IMG/VR virus record: IMGVR_UViG_3300014656_000015
Source of the DNA: a virus
DNA: 64,000 bases
Strand: one strand, 5' to 3'
The notes beneath the pieces are model-generated. The model was given only the letters and a program-made list of their open reading frames with translations, was not told where the DNA came from and searched no databases. Each line of letters begins with the position of its first letter. Positions within the stretch are counted from its first letter, which is position 1. Below are positions 46,121 through 55,870 of this stretch, one piece after another. The translations under genes and the position numbers were made by a program.

Positions 46121-47043
46121 GGCACATCTGGCCCACCCCCCTCACGTCGCGCGCCGTAGCAGCCGACGCGCTGCCACCGCTCCAGCTCACGAAGCGCAGC
46201 CTCCCCCGCACCGGCGTTGTGTGTTGGCACGGACTCGGCGGAAAGCAGAGCGAGCCGCTCGGCGAGGACCTGGTCCGGTAGCACGGCGTAGGGGCCAGCG
46301 TCGATCCGCAGCGCGTGGAGGAGTACCTTGCACCGGTCCCACTCCTGGGCCCGCGTCGTATCGGGGTTCGACCCGACACTCGTGTACGTCTCGATCCGCC
46401 GTCTTCGCCAGTTGTCAGCATCCCGGGCAGCAGCCAGGTAGCAGTACGTGAAGGCACGGAGGACATCTGCCGGACGCGGACCAACCCAACGTGAGGCGTG
46501 AAAGATGCAGTCGAGGACGGAGTGCGCCTCCGTAGGGGCCGAGGATTTGGCACGGGGTTGCTGCAGCGCTTCGATCAGTGCAGCCTTGCTCGAAGCCGCA
46601 ACGGAGACCGGATTCGTGGAGGTCTCGACGTCGAATCGCATCAAGGGCCGAGGCGCCTCGAGCCTCTCCAGCTCAAAGATGTGCCGGCTGAGGGCCGCGG
46701 CGTCGACACGCACATATCCCTCCGCCTCATACGCCACACCCCTACCTACAAGATCATGGGCTATGGCCACCCACACGGTCCTGCCCACAGCAGCAAGAGC
46801 TGTGCCGAGCCCCTCCTCCCAACCCTCTGGGCTGAAGAAACGGCGCTCCTTCCATGCGTCGATGCGGCTCCGCAGCAAAGCCGTACATGCAGCTAACTGC
46901 TTGTCGACGGGCACCACGGGCTCAATCAAGTTGAACCCCGTCAGGAACCGGGGCACCGCTGCATGGCAGTAGTAACGATGGAGAGTGGCATCGACACATG
47001 CATACCACCTCTCCTCCTGTGCTTCCGCGATATCTCTGCTCAT
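46102..47043 (-). CDS. hypothetical protein, C-terminal domain paralogous to 54397..55425
   Basis: Shared TEAHSVLDC...GPRP..VLRA...CYLAAAR.A. Confidence 0.7.
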   Translation of the reverse strand: MSRDIAEAQEERWYACVDATLHRYYCHAAVPRFLTGFNLIEPVVPVDKQLAACTALLRSRIDAWKERRFFSPEGWEEGLGTALAAVGRTVWVAIAHDLVGRGVAYEAEGYVRVDAAALSRHIFELERLEAPRPLMRFDVETSTNPVSVAASSKAALIEALQQPRAKSSAPTEAHSVLDCIFHASRWVGPRPADVLRAFTYCYLAAARDADNWRRRRIETYTSVGSNPDTTRAQEWDRCKVLLHALRIDAGPYAVLPDQVLAERLALLSAESVPTHNAGAGEAALRELERWQRVGCYGARREGGGPDVPWGDEP

Positions 47044-47381
47044 GTCTCCTTGCTCCTTTCCGTCCAACCATTGCGGGCACCAATCGCCGTCTTGTCCCAC
47101 GGACCCGTCGCGGCACAGCTCCGACAGAGCCCATAGTACATGGGAACGCTGTCGGGGAGGTGCCTGATGACGATGTTGGCCGCACCCCCGCAGAAGGGGC
47201 AGGCCGACTCGAGATCGGCGACGTGTTGCGGGGAGTCCCCCCTACCATCCATTGCCCTGAAGGACGCGCAGCGGGGGCAGGAGTGGACGTAGAGCGTCGT
47301 CCCCTCGGCCTTGGCCTCCAGCTCCTGCCCACAGTGCTTGCATTCAACGTAGATCTCCACAGGTATCGCAACGAGTACCAT
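47040..47381 (-). CDS. zinc-ribbon protein with Lar-like C-terminus
   Basis: CKHC/CPRC then CPFCGG...CRSC.A.GP...A...W. Confidence 0.55.
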   Translation of the reverse strand: MVLVAIPVEIYVECKHCGQELEAKAEGTTLYVHSCPRCASFRAMDGRGDSPQHVADLESACPFCGGAANIVIRHLPDSVPMYYGLCRSCAATGPWDKTAIGARNGWTERSKET

Positions 47382-47906
47382 CGAGCTCCTCCCTCCTCCG
47401 ACCTCCGCGTCGCGGGCTATGTCCACTCGAATGCTCTGCCGGATGGCCTCCCTGCATGCCTCCTGTGGCGTCACCCCATCATCACCGGCAATCATGCGTA
47501 TGTACGCGGCGAGACCGCCACGAACCTTCGCGGACACCGGTGTGGGGTCATAGGGAGAAACGAGAAAGAGCTCACACTCCCGATCGCTCTCCGTGAGCTG
47601 TTTCGGCCCCTTGATGCTGTGTGCGACGCCGTCCCAAGACACGACCTCGTCGTTGCCGACACGCGTTCCTCCGCCCATGACTTCAGATCCTCCTCTTCAA
47701 CCGGCCTCGACGGCCCCATCGTCCCTCGACAGCCGGCTGGCCACCAAGGAAACACGCCTTCCCAACGACATAACCCGCGTCACGGTAGTCACCGCTGAAA
47801 GGCTGATCCCACACCCTCACCACTTCTCCGGGTCGCACGGCCCCCCGTCGAATCTCTCCGAAGACAACGTCCCAGGCATCGAGGGGCCAGCTCGGCTCAA
47901 AGGTCG

Positions 47907-48245
47907 TCATCCCTCCCTCCAGTCGAAATAGAAGCGGGGGTCGTGCTGGAAGCAGAGGCTCCCCCGTTGTCCATCTGCCCGCCGCGTCACGATGACGAAG
48001 GGGGCCCTGAAACCGTGGACCTCGAAGTCCGCGGTGAGCTCAGGGGCGCTCCAGACACGTCCGTACTTTTTCTCCAGGCGTGCCCTCTCCGCAGCGGCAT
48101 CACCGCTGACGACCTCTTCCTGGACACGAGCACAGACGTAGACCCGCGCCATCTCATCCTGCGTGAACCCCCGCGTCAACATCTCCGATGTCGTGGGGAG
48201 CTCCCGCATCTGTTTGTCTTCCACTCCTTCTCCTCCTCCTTCCAA
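47907..48245 (-). CDS. hypothetical phage protein
   Basis: F.V.GF.APFV.V.R..DG.RGSL.FQH.PRFYF. Confidence 0.65.
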   Translation of the reverse strand: MEGGGEGVEDKQMRELPTTSEMLTRGFTQDEMARVYVCARVQEEVVSGDAAAERARLEKKYGRVWSAPELTADFEVHGFRAPFVIVTRRADGQRGSLCFQHDPRFYFDWREG

Positions 48246-48263
48246 TACGATTGCTCGAAAACC

Positions 48264-48298
48264 GAGGCCCCTCCAGTGCCTTGGACCGGAGGGGCCTC
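48264..48298 (-). terminator. intrinsic terminator downstream of tmRNA
   Basis: 11-bp stem GAGGCCCCTCC/GGAGGGGCCTC followed by GGTTTT on the minus strand. Confidence 0.7.
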
Positions 48299-48315
48299 AA
48301 CGTGCTGCCAGCACG

Positions 48316-48680
48316 GGTGGACCCAAGGGGAATCGAACCCCTGTCCAGACAGATTCAGGCGGTAGGCTCTACGTGCGTAGAGCTGGATCAATCTTGAGAC
48401 CGATGAGCTCCAGCCCGGCTCGCCGGTCCCCAGGTGCGGATGAAGCCCCGCGGTACGCAGATGAAGTCAGCACCAACCACTCCATCACCGCGGTCCACTC
48501 AATGACGCCCAGATCCAGGCCGTGGCACTCCTGGTTGGACGGGCACCTATGCCGCGAGGCGCAGTGCCGGATAATCGTCACGGTTGGCGATTGAGTTTTC
48601 GTCGTAGGGATCATGGGGTCCACGACACCCCCAGCACGCTCCCACAGCCATCCTCTACCTGTCGAAACCAATTTGGGCCC
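48316..48680 (-). ncRNA. ssrA: tmRNA (transfer-messenger RNA)
   Basis: 5' GGGCCCA..GGTTTCGAC pairs with 3' TGGGTCC-A (G3:U Ala determinant); T-arm AGGGGTTCGATTCCCCT; tag ORF 48588-48547 = ANRDDYPALRLAA*. Confidence 0.95.
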
Positions 48681-48697
48681 AAAAGTCGCAACTCTAC

Positions 48698-48916
48698 TTA
48701 CTGTTCTATCTCCTGGCACACGTTCAGCACCATCCGAACCCCATCCATGGGGCTGGCACCCATCCGGATCAGATCGGCCTCCTCCTCCAGCGCCTCCCAA
48801 TCCGGATCACCCCGGCGCTTCAGCACCCTGGCCCAGTGCCGCAATCGCTTGGTCACAGCTTCGGGGTCGTAGTGAATGCACCGAGTCTCCGCGTTCCATC
48901 CTTTCCTTCCACCCAT
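48698..48916 (-). CDS. hypothetical protein
   Basis: AGAGGAGG RBS before ATG 48916. Confidence 0.55.
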   Translation of the reverse strand: MGGRKGWNAETRCIHYDPEAVTKRLRHWARVLKRRGDPDWEALEEEADLIRMGASPMDGVRMVLNVCQEIEQ

Positions 48917-49110
48917 CGCGAACCTCCTCTGGGACAGGTGCCCCCTCCCCTCCACGTCTTCACGTGTCAGCGGGGAGGGGGCTTTCTTCACCCCGGGAAC
49001 ACCACAGCCACCATTACAGCGGCGGAAGCATTGACGCATCCTCCTTCCGTCGTTCAAGATACTCCCTTGAGTTAGTCAATGCACACCGTCATTATACCGA
49101 AAACCGACCG

Positions 49111-49629
49111 CTATTCGTGAACCTTAGGCTCGGGTCGGATCGGGACGAGACGCAGGGTACGGAACGCGGTGTCCTTGATGCGGTACCGGCACCCCTTGAT
49201 GTCGAACTCCGCACCGACCCTAAACGCTGCCGCAACCCGGCGGCAGCCCTTGATGTCGAACTCCTCACCGATGCCGAACTCCGCCGCAACCCACTGCTGC
49301 TCGGCGTGCTCCCGAGACGAGGGAGGAAAGCTGTCCCACGCGGTGGGAATCCACGGAGCCGTTCCGACCCCGTCCTGGCGCAGGACCAGGAGCTTGCGCT
49401 GCACCGCCACGATCCGAAAACGGACACCCCTGATGTCGAGGTGGTCGCCAACGAAGAGCAGGAGGTCGCGGTCCGTGACCGGTGCACCATCCTCCCGACC
49501 AAAGCTGCGGCCGGCCCGCTTCACCTCTCCTTCCTTCACCTCCATCTCCTGATCCGGGGCAACACCTGTTGCCTCCGACCCCAACATATGCAGGAAATGG
49601 TGACTCGCCTCATCCGGACTTCTCATCAT
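49111..49629 (-). CDS. hypothetical protein with internal EFDIKGCR duplication
   Basis: 18-bp direct repeat at 49193 and 49247. Confidence 0.55.
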   Translation of the reverse strand: MMRSPDEASHHFLHMLGSEATGVAPDQEMEVKEGEVKRAGRSFGREDGAPVTDRDLLLFVGDHLDIRGVRFRIVAVQRKLLVLRQDGVGTAPWIPTAWDSFPPSSREHAEQQWVAAEFGIGEEFDIKGCRRVAAAFRVGAEFDIKGCRYRIKDTAFRTLRLVPIRPEPKVHE

Positions 49630-49832
49630 CCCTCCTTACCGGACCCAACAGGGTCACGCCCTGGACATAGATCTCCCCATGGGGCCCTTCGCTAATACTA
49701 CAACTGAGCCCCAGCACACGGAACGCTGGATTGAACAACTGCGTCGTGTCGAAGACATCGTCCCCACATGCCCGTTGACTGCCCCCTGTGGCGTGGTAGG
49801 TGCAACAGGTACGGACCGTAACCGATTGTGGG

Positions 49833-50027
49833 TCATCCATCCTCTTCCTCCTCGTCCGTCTCGATGAGCAGCGTCGCAGCGTCGCAAGCAGCGTCATGGG
49901 AGTAGCCTCTGCCGCTGAACCAGCCCAACGCCAGATCGAACGCATCGAGAAGATGTTCCTGGTCAACGGAGTCCCGCCACTCCCGGAACTCCTCCATTAC
50001 CGCCACATCGATCTCGAAGTCAGCCAT
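49833..50027 (-). CDS. hypothetical acidic protein
   Basis: Coupled ORF. Confidence 0.6.
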   Translation of the reverse strand: MADFEIDVAVMEEFREWRDSVDQEHLLDAFDLALGWFSGRGYSHDAACDAATLLIETDEEEEDG

Positions 50028-50409
50028 CCAGCTCCTCCTCTTCCTCCTCGAGGTACCGCTCGATCAGCTCACGAAGCTCCTTCTCCGCGCGAGGCGTCAG
50101 ATCCACGAAACAGGTCGGGTGCAGATCTCCTTGAAGATCCTGGACATGGTTCCAGACATCCTCCCAGATCTGGCCGTAGAACCAGCCCTGACAGAAAAAC
50201 GCGTCACGAATCGAGACGCAGTCCAGGCAGGTCTTATGCGTCGTCACCGTCCCGTCAAGGACGCCGACGAAGCGTTCATACTCCTCACCGGGCGCGACGG
50301 TACGACCGCACTCCCCGCAGACATGGGACTTTCGGGCCCGAATGACCCGATGCGAGATCGGCTCCAGCACCTCGTCAGCCCAGATGTCGATGCAGCTACA
50401 GTTGTTCAT
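50020..50409 (-). CDS. zinc-finger phage protein
   Basis: RARK.H.C.EC.R....GE.Y...KTC..C. Confidence 0.7.
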   Translation of the reverse strand: MNNCSCIDIWADEVLEPISHRVIRARKSHVCGECGRTVAPGEEYERFVGVLDGTVTTHKTCLDCVSIRDAFFCQGWFYGQIWEDVWNHVQDLQGDLHPTCFVDLTPRAEKELRELIERYLEEEEEELDG

Positions 50410-51050
50410 GGAGTCACCTCGTACCAAGGCACCGGATCCCGATACTTCCCACTCCGGACGACCCGGAGACAGTGCATACAGAGGGGCTCAACGGGTCCGT
50501 ACTGCCTGTATCCATCGTACCAGTGCTCCATGGACACCACATCCGATGGTGCTTTGGGACAGGGACGCCCACACAGGGTGCGCTCCACGAGAGAAGATAG
50601 TGGTCCCGAAGGCGACGGTGGGACAAGGTGCCACCTCATGAGAGAATAGAACTCCGCCACGCGCCACCCCAGCATCAACTGAGTCCTCCCCTCCTCCTCC
50701 CTCCGCTCCGCCTCCTTATTGACATTCCTTCTAACTTCGTCATAGTGATCCCGCTGCTGACATACCTCGTTCAACTCCTTTATCAGGTAACCCGTGAGAA
50801 GGCTGACACGGGACAGCCGATCCGAGAGCACGGTCCGCATGTCGTGCAGGGTCCGCACCAGGCCGAACAGGAACAGGGCCGTGGTCTCCGGGTTCACGAC
50901 GACGGCCGCCGGCTGCGATGCGGACCGGATCCGAAACAGGTTCAGCAGCCCTCGGGTCGCGTCCTCGGCCCGACCCACTTCCTCCACGTAGAGCCCGATC
51001 TCCTCCAGCACCTCCTCCAGGGATTTCGGCTTCACACCCTCCTCACTCAT
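50406..51050 (-). CDS. hypothetical protein
   Basis: Coiled coil plus C-terminal H...LCG...C..C. Confidence 0.6.
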   Translation of the reverse strand: MSEEGVKPKSLEEVLEEIGLYVEEVGRAEDATRGLLNLFRIRSASQPAAVVVNPETTALFLFGLVRTLHDMRTVLSDRLSRVSLLTGYLIKELNEVCQQRDHYDEVRRNVNKEAERREEEGRTQLMLGWRVAEFYSLMRWHLVPPSPSGPLSSLVERTLCGRPCPKAPSDVVSMEHWYDGYRQYGPVEPLCMHCLRVVRSGKYRDPVPWYEVTP

Positions 51051-51774
51051 TCCCTTCCTCCTTCCCAAGAAACTCCTCCGGTATCACGAACATCGAGGTC
51101 GGCGCCCGCACGACTCCTTGTGCATCCCGCAGTATCTCCAGGACACTGCGGAGGGTGCCGACCATCACCAGACAGCCTCGGTGCACCTCCTTGTCATCCG
51201 CATCGAGCCAATCATACTCCTCCTCGGAGACCATTCTGGCCTCGACCGCAGCAAGCCTCCTCTCCACCTCCCGCACCACTCCTTCCATTCGAGGCTCCAG
51301 CTTGATGATCATGGGGGGCGGAGGCTGGTTGGTGAGAAGCCGGACATTGCTCCGAGTCAGCTCCGCATTGTGGCGGACGAGACCCTCGATTGCTGCCAGC
51401 AGGGCCTCCTCCCGACCACACCCGCTCCGCTCCAGCTCCAGGGCGGCCTGAACGAAGGGATCGCGAAGTGCCAGCTCTTCGAGACGCGCGGTGCGATCCT
51501 TCGGCCCCGGGTCCGTTCGACGCCCCAGACTCAGGAGGAGATCGGAGTCGGCCTCGTCCTGACCCCCCAGCACCGCCTTGCATTGTCTGCACAACGATCT
51601 CCAGAACCGTAAGGTAAGAGAGGTGTAGTCAGGAGCAGACCAGCAAATTTGGGAGACTGCCGCCCCGCACAACGCACGATCCCGCTCCTGGACTCGAACC
51701 AGATGAGCCACGTTATCCGAGCTGCCCTCGCTGACCCCGAGCACGTGTTCCCGCAGATCTTCCCGCATCGTCAT
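51043..51774 (-). CDS. hypothetical protein
   Basis: N-terminal H...LCG...C..C; coupled. Confidence 0.6.
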   Translation of the reverse strand: MTMREDLREHVLGVSEGSSDNVAHLVRVQERDRALCGAAVSQICWSAPDYTSLTLRFWRSLCRQCKAVLGGQDEADSDLLLSLGRRTDPGPKDRTARLEELALRDPFVQAALELERSGCGREEALLAAIEGLVRHNAELTRSNVRLLTNQPPPPMIIKLEPRMEGVVREVERRLAAVEARMVSEEEYDWLDADDKEVHRGCLVMVGTLRSVLEILRDAQGVVRAPTSMFVIPEEFLGKEEGNE

Positions 51775-52346
51775 AGAATCACCTCAATTTCATCCAGCTG
51801 TGCCGCATGCTCCTGACACAGGTAGAGGTTGAAACCGCTACCGTGAGGTACCCGATGCACCGAGGTCGCCTCCTCGCACCCCTCGATCATGCACCGAAGC
51901 CCGACCCCGCCCAGGAAGGCCCTTGTCTTCATGAGGGCCAGACCCAACCGGTTCTCCCCGAACCACTGCGGATCCGTACCCCAGTAGTGATCCCCCCACG
52001 TGTTGACCTCGATCAGGACACGGCTCCCGGTTTCCAGCAGACGACGGCGAAGACGTGGGGCCGAGCCGAACTTCAGGATCTGGAGCTCGAGCATGACCCC
52101 ATCCTTCACCTCCTCCCAATCCGGACGAAGCCTGACCTGTCGACCCAACTCCTTGGCCCGACGCGGATGCTTGACCCTGGAGATCTGGATCATGTCGTCT
52201 CGATCCATGCACTTGGCCAGCTGGAACCCGTGCTCGTTGGTAGGGATACTGAATCCGAAGTACGAGATCGGGTTCTCATAGAAGTTGGAAAGGGCCCGGT
52301 CCCTCCCATCGAACCCGGCTACGGGCGGGCGAAATGGCAGTGGCAT
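51771..52346 (-). CDS. NADAR/YbiA-family N-glycosidase
   Basis: LSNFY, EH.FQ..K, LGR.V.LRPDWE.VK..VM, KF, LL.TG...LIE.N.WGD.YWG, GENRLG..LM..R. Confidence 0.9.
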   Translation of the reverse strand: MPLPFRPPVAGFDGRDRALSNFYENPISYFGFSIPTNEHGFQLAKCMDRDDMIQISRVKHPRRAKELGRQVRLRPDWEEVKDGVMLELQILKFGSAPRLRRRLLETGSRVLIEVNTWGDHYWGTDPQWFGENRLGLALMKTRAFLGGVGLRCMIEGCEEATSVHRVPHGSGFNLYLCQEHAAQLDEIEVIL

Positions 52347-52347
52347 C

Positions 52348-53046
52348 TTACTCCTCCTCCTCAAGCTGCAAGATGTAGACACAGTCATGGGCCCAATTGG
52401 CTTCGGGTTGGGGGTCGATGAAGAGAAGGAGCCCGGTCCCGGACCTCCGCTCGAACACGGCGGCCCCGGTAGCATCCACGACATCCTTTGCCCGAACCGT
52501 CTCCTTCGTCGCCCAGGTGGCCGCGTCATCAGGAACCAGCCTGAGCAATGGATTGGCTCGGTGCCGCGCCGGCAGCACGGATCGCACCATGTGCAGCAGC
52601 AGTGCGTCCCGAGGCGGGAAGCTACCGGCGGCCACGAGATAGCGCTGCGGGATGCAAACCGAGGTCAGCGCCTCCAGGACTTGATCGCAGACCCGGATGA
52701 GGCGCTCCCTCTCCTCCCGGACCAGGTTCTCCCGCTCATCATGGATGTGGCCAGCAATCTGGCAGAAGAGACTGTAGAGGTGCCGATCCTCGGTAACCTC
52801 GACATCCATGAGCCGCTCCATCAGGGCCTCGGGGTCCATGGCTGCGCGCCCCGCCTCGGCCCAGCGTCGGAGATCGGCGCCCACACCCTCGGGGTCACCG
52901 ACCAGCTCCTGCCAGGGAATCCCCAGACCCCGTGCAACGTCCAGGGTCTGATCCTTTGCCTGCTTCGCCTCGGCCCGTGCCGATGCCAGCAGGTTCCGCA
53001 CACTACGGAGCTCCTGCTCGAGCTCCGCCTTGGTTGCCTTCTTCAT
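52348..53046 (-). CDS. hypothetical protein
   Basis: C-terminal FIDPQPEANWAHDC.Y motif. Confidence 0.6.
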   Translation of the reverse strand: MKKATKAELEQELRSVRNLLASARAEAKQAKDQTLDVARGLGIPWQELVGDPEGVGADLRRWAEAGRAAMDPEALMERLMDVEVTEDRHLYSLFCQIAGHIHDERENLVREERERLIRVCDQVLEALTSVCIPQRYLVAAGSFPPRDALLLHMVRSVLPARHRANPLLRLVPDDAATWATKETVRAKDVVDATGAAVFERRSGTGLLLFIDPQPEANWAHDCVYILQLEEEE

Positions 53047-53276
53047 TCTCCGCCCCTCCTTTCCTTGCTCGGATGCGCAACGCCCACACGGGTCGCGCGC
53101 ATGTGGTGGTCCAGATGGGCACAGACGGCGGCCCACATGAAACTACAGATATCATCCGGAATCTCATCGCTGGCGGGCGATCCTTCACCACAAATGCAAC
53201 CAGGCTCCTGAAGAAGGCACCGACTCACCTCCCCATACATCTTGCAGAGCTGGTTGAGGAACTCCTGTTTCGTCAT
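53043..53276 (-). CDS. hypothetical protein
   Basis: Coupled ORF. Confidence 0.5.
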   Translation of the reverse strand: MTKQEFLNQLCKMYGEVSRCLLQEPGCICGEGSPASDEIPDDICSFMWAAVCAHLDHHMRATRVGVAHPSKERRGGE

Positions 53277-53307
53277 CTCTCCTCTACCCTTCCTTTCCAT
53301 CCCTTCC

Positions 53308-53682
53308 TCAGTTGACGCCCTGCTTCAGATCATCCAGCGTCACCGGCTCCAACCAGCACGGGGCAATGTGAGCCAGAACCCCGGCGTACCCGATCGGGCT
53401 CCGCAGGACCCTGAAGTGGGGCTCCACCGTCTCACAGAGCTCCACGATCCTATGGATGGCGACGATGGAGCCGGCGACCGTGAACCGATACGGTGCGCCG
53501 GCCCGAACCCGGTAGAGCTGCCACGGCGGAAAGCTCCGGAGCGGCTCCTGCACCTGCGGCGACAGGGTTCGGAGCCAGGTCTCATACTCGTCCAGGTGCT
53601 GCGGAGTCCGCATCTCCCGCATCCTCTCCTCAAGCCGCTCCAGCGTTACATCCTCTCGCTGCAGCGGATTCGCACCTCTCAT
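53308..53682 (-). CDS. hypothetical protein
   Basis: GGAGG RBS. Confidence 0.6.
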   Translation of the reverse strand: MRGANPLQREDVTLERLEERMREMRTPQHLDEYETWLRTLSPQVQEPLRSFPPWQLYRVRAGAPYRFTVAGSIVAIHRIVELCETVEPHFRVLRSPIGYAGVLAHIAPCWLEPVTLDDLKQGVN

Positions 53683-54168
53683 CTTCGTCCCTCCCGCCAG
53701 TCCCAGTTCTTGCCACCGACGGCCTGACACGTGGCGTGGCACCAGTCGCAGGCCATGATGTGGCCCTTGTCCGAGGCCGGATCCGATGGAGCGGGCCAGG
53801 CCAGCTTCATGATGTAGCCACAGTAGGAGCAGTGCAGTCCCGTTGGCACGGGCCGCCTCCTCAGATCCCGGTGTGCCTCATGCCGGGGATCGGCTCCACG
53901 CAACACTCTACTCGACGGCATCATCCCTCTCCTTCTCCCAGTTCTCGACACAGGAAGAGCAGGGTCGGAGGAAGCCCTCGACACCACCTGCGTCATCCAC
54001 CACGGTCTCCCCGAACAGGCTGCAACGGAACGTCTGGCCGAAGCGCTTCGTCCCGAGCCAGCGGCAATCCCTCCCCGCCCCGAGATCGGCGCAGCAGGTC
54101 AGCTTTACCCTTGAAGTCCCGAGGTACGGTCCAGCGCAGGACCATGTGCTCATTGTTCATCCCTATCC

Positions 54169-54396
54169 TCACTCGTTCTGGCAATCCTCGAGCACCTGGA
54201 TCCGGATCTCCAAGGTCTCCATCCTCCTATCCATCGCCTCCTGCCTCCTATCCATCGCCTCCTGTCGAAGTGCGAACGAGAACACGGTAATGACCAAGAG
54301 GAGAAAGAAGACAGCACTCATGAACAGAAACCTGCGAGCGGCGGTGTGATGCACAACGAGCAGCATTTTTCCCAGGTTCTCCTTGACCGTCTCCAT
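54169..54396 (-). CDS. small TM protein with RQEAMDR duplication
   Basis: Hydrophobic segment; perfect 21-bp tandem duplication 54223-54264. Confidence 0.6.
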   Translation of the reverse strand: METVKENLGKMLLVVHHTAARRFLFMSAVFFLLLVITVFSFALRQEAMDRRQEAMDRRMETLEIRIQVLEDCQNE

Positions 54397-55425
54397 CTAC
54401 GCCTCCTCGGGTGGCTTCGTGCCGCCGTGCTTCCCGGACGTCCACAGGGGCTGCTGCACCCACCGCTCGAGCCCCTTGAGCCAAACCGCGGCGCTGTCCC
54501 CGTCATCGGGCACGGGCTCATCACGGAGCCGGGCGAGCTGCTCCGGCAGGACCCGAAACGCTGACACATAGGACTTCGCGGCACGCCGCACGTGCAGGAG
54601 CTCCACATGACAGCGCAAAAACTCCGAAACCCGACTCTCCGTTCCCTCCCTTCGAACCTCGGTACACGCCTCTATCTCCCTTCGAACCTCGGGAGGGGCC
54701 TCCCGCGCCGCGGCCAGATAGCAGAACGCGATGGCACGGAGCACCTCGGACGGACGCGGCCCGGCCCAGAACGAGGCAACGAAGAGACAATCGAGGACGG
54801 AGTGCGCCTCTGTAGAAGCCGGAGGTTCATGCTTCGTGGGAACGACCGACTCCGTATGAATACCAGGCTCGGAGTAGACGATGCGATTACCCGCTGCCAG
54901 GGCACGGATATAGGATTCGAGCCGTGCCTGAATAACCCGAATACTGGAGCTGCTACCGGGCCGTGCTCCGGGCCCCTCCTCCGCAACCCCGGTTCGCACC
55001 AGGTCCTGGGCAACGTCTCCCCACAGGTCCAGCAGACCGGCCCCCTTCAGCACCCCACCGAACTCTGACGAGGGTGATGGGTTGTGGAACCAGAACCTGT
55101 CCCACGCACCGGGGTGCTGCTGCTCGAACTCCAGCAACGCTCGACACGCCTCCAGGCGGCCCTCGTCCCCCAACACTTGGCCCGGGCCCCCAAGCGTCTG
55201 TATCGCCTGGTTCAGACTGCCCCTGTCCACAACCCACATCTCCCCATGACGCTGGATGACGCCATGGCAACCGCCACACGCGAAATCACAATCGACAACC
55301 TGCTGTTGCTTCACCCCGATGTCCTCGGCGATGAGCCGGACCAGCCCACCCACCCCGGACCACGACGCGTCCCGGTGCACCCAGCACCATCTCACGAACC
55401 TGATCAGCTTTTCCTTTTCGGGCAT
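54397..55425 (-). CDS. hypothetical protein, C-terminal domain paralogous to 46102..47043
   Basis: Strong RBS; shared domain. Confidence 0.7.
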   Translation of the reverse strand: MPEKEKLIRFVRWCWVHRDASWSGVGGLVRLIAEDIGVKQQQVVDCDFACGGCHGVIQRHGEMWVVDRGSLNQAIQTLGGPGQVLGDEGRLEACRALLEFEQQHPGAWDRFWFHNPSPSSEFGGVLKGAGLLDLWGDVAQDLVRTGVAEEGPGARPGSSSSIRVIQARLESYIRALAAGNRIVYSEPGIHTESVVPTKHEPPASTEAHSVLDCLFVASFWAGPRPSEVLRAIAFCYLAAAREAPPEVRREIEACTEVRREGTESRVSEFLRCHVELLHVRRAAKSYVSAFRVLPEQLARLRDEPVPDDGDSAAVWLKGLERWVQQPLWTSGKHGGTKPPEEA

Positions 55426-55437
55426 CTCCTCCTCCTT

Positions 55438-55746
55438 TCAACTGCTGGCGTAGCCAAAGAACAGCCAGACCCTCTGACCATTCTTCCGATCCGGACAGCG
55501 GATACACCCAGCGGCCCCCCACTTGTCCGCAATCCTCGGATCGTCCTTCTCGATGAGACGGTACGCGTAGTCCTCCGGGTCCTCACCTTCGGGCAGGTCG
55601 ATCATCACGAAGCTATCCTTCTCCGCGATGGTTCCGGTGTAGCCTCCGTGGCCATGCTCGTACTTGGCGTCCTCCACGGCAACTCCAAACGCTTCCTCGG
55701 CCGTCTCCCCGACCGCCTTCGTCACGAAATCACATGCTCCCATCAC
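55438..55746 (-). CDS. conserved phage hypothetical protein
   Basis: MGA..F...A.EAF..A...A.YE.GH.GYTGTIAEK...KWG.A...W.FFG.ASS. Confidence 0.75.
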   Translation of the reverse strand: MMGACDFVTKAVGETAEEAFGVAVEDAKYEHGHGGYTGTIAEKDSFVMIDLPEGEDPEDYAYRLIEKDDPRIADKWGAAGCIRCPDRKNGQRVWLFFGYASS

Positions 55747-55789
55747 GCACTCCTTTCCTCCACTGAACCAATAAGATCCAGGTACGCTC

Positions 55790-55837
55790 CTTATACCAAT
55801 CTAAGGGAAAAACCGGCGGGGGGTCGCACGCCGGTTT
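55790..55837 (-). promoter_or_regulatory. terminator hairpin + TCCCTTAG + GGTATAAG promoter box
   Basis: Stem 55810-18/55829-37, then TCCCTTAG-n3-GGTATAAG; same spacing at 60619-60673. Confidence 0.65.
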
Positions 55838-55870
55838 CGAGAGGGTCGGAAAGGTTGGAGGACGTGAGGA

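Noticed and set aside
48316-48346. A tRNA gene or a prophage att site
   Set aside because: The T-arm and acceptor belong to the tmRNA; no duplicated 3' fragment or integrase is seen, and both flanks are phage-like
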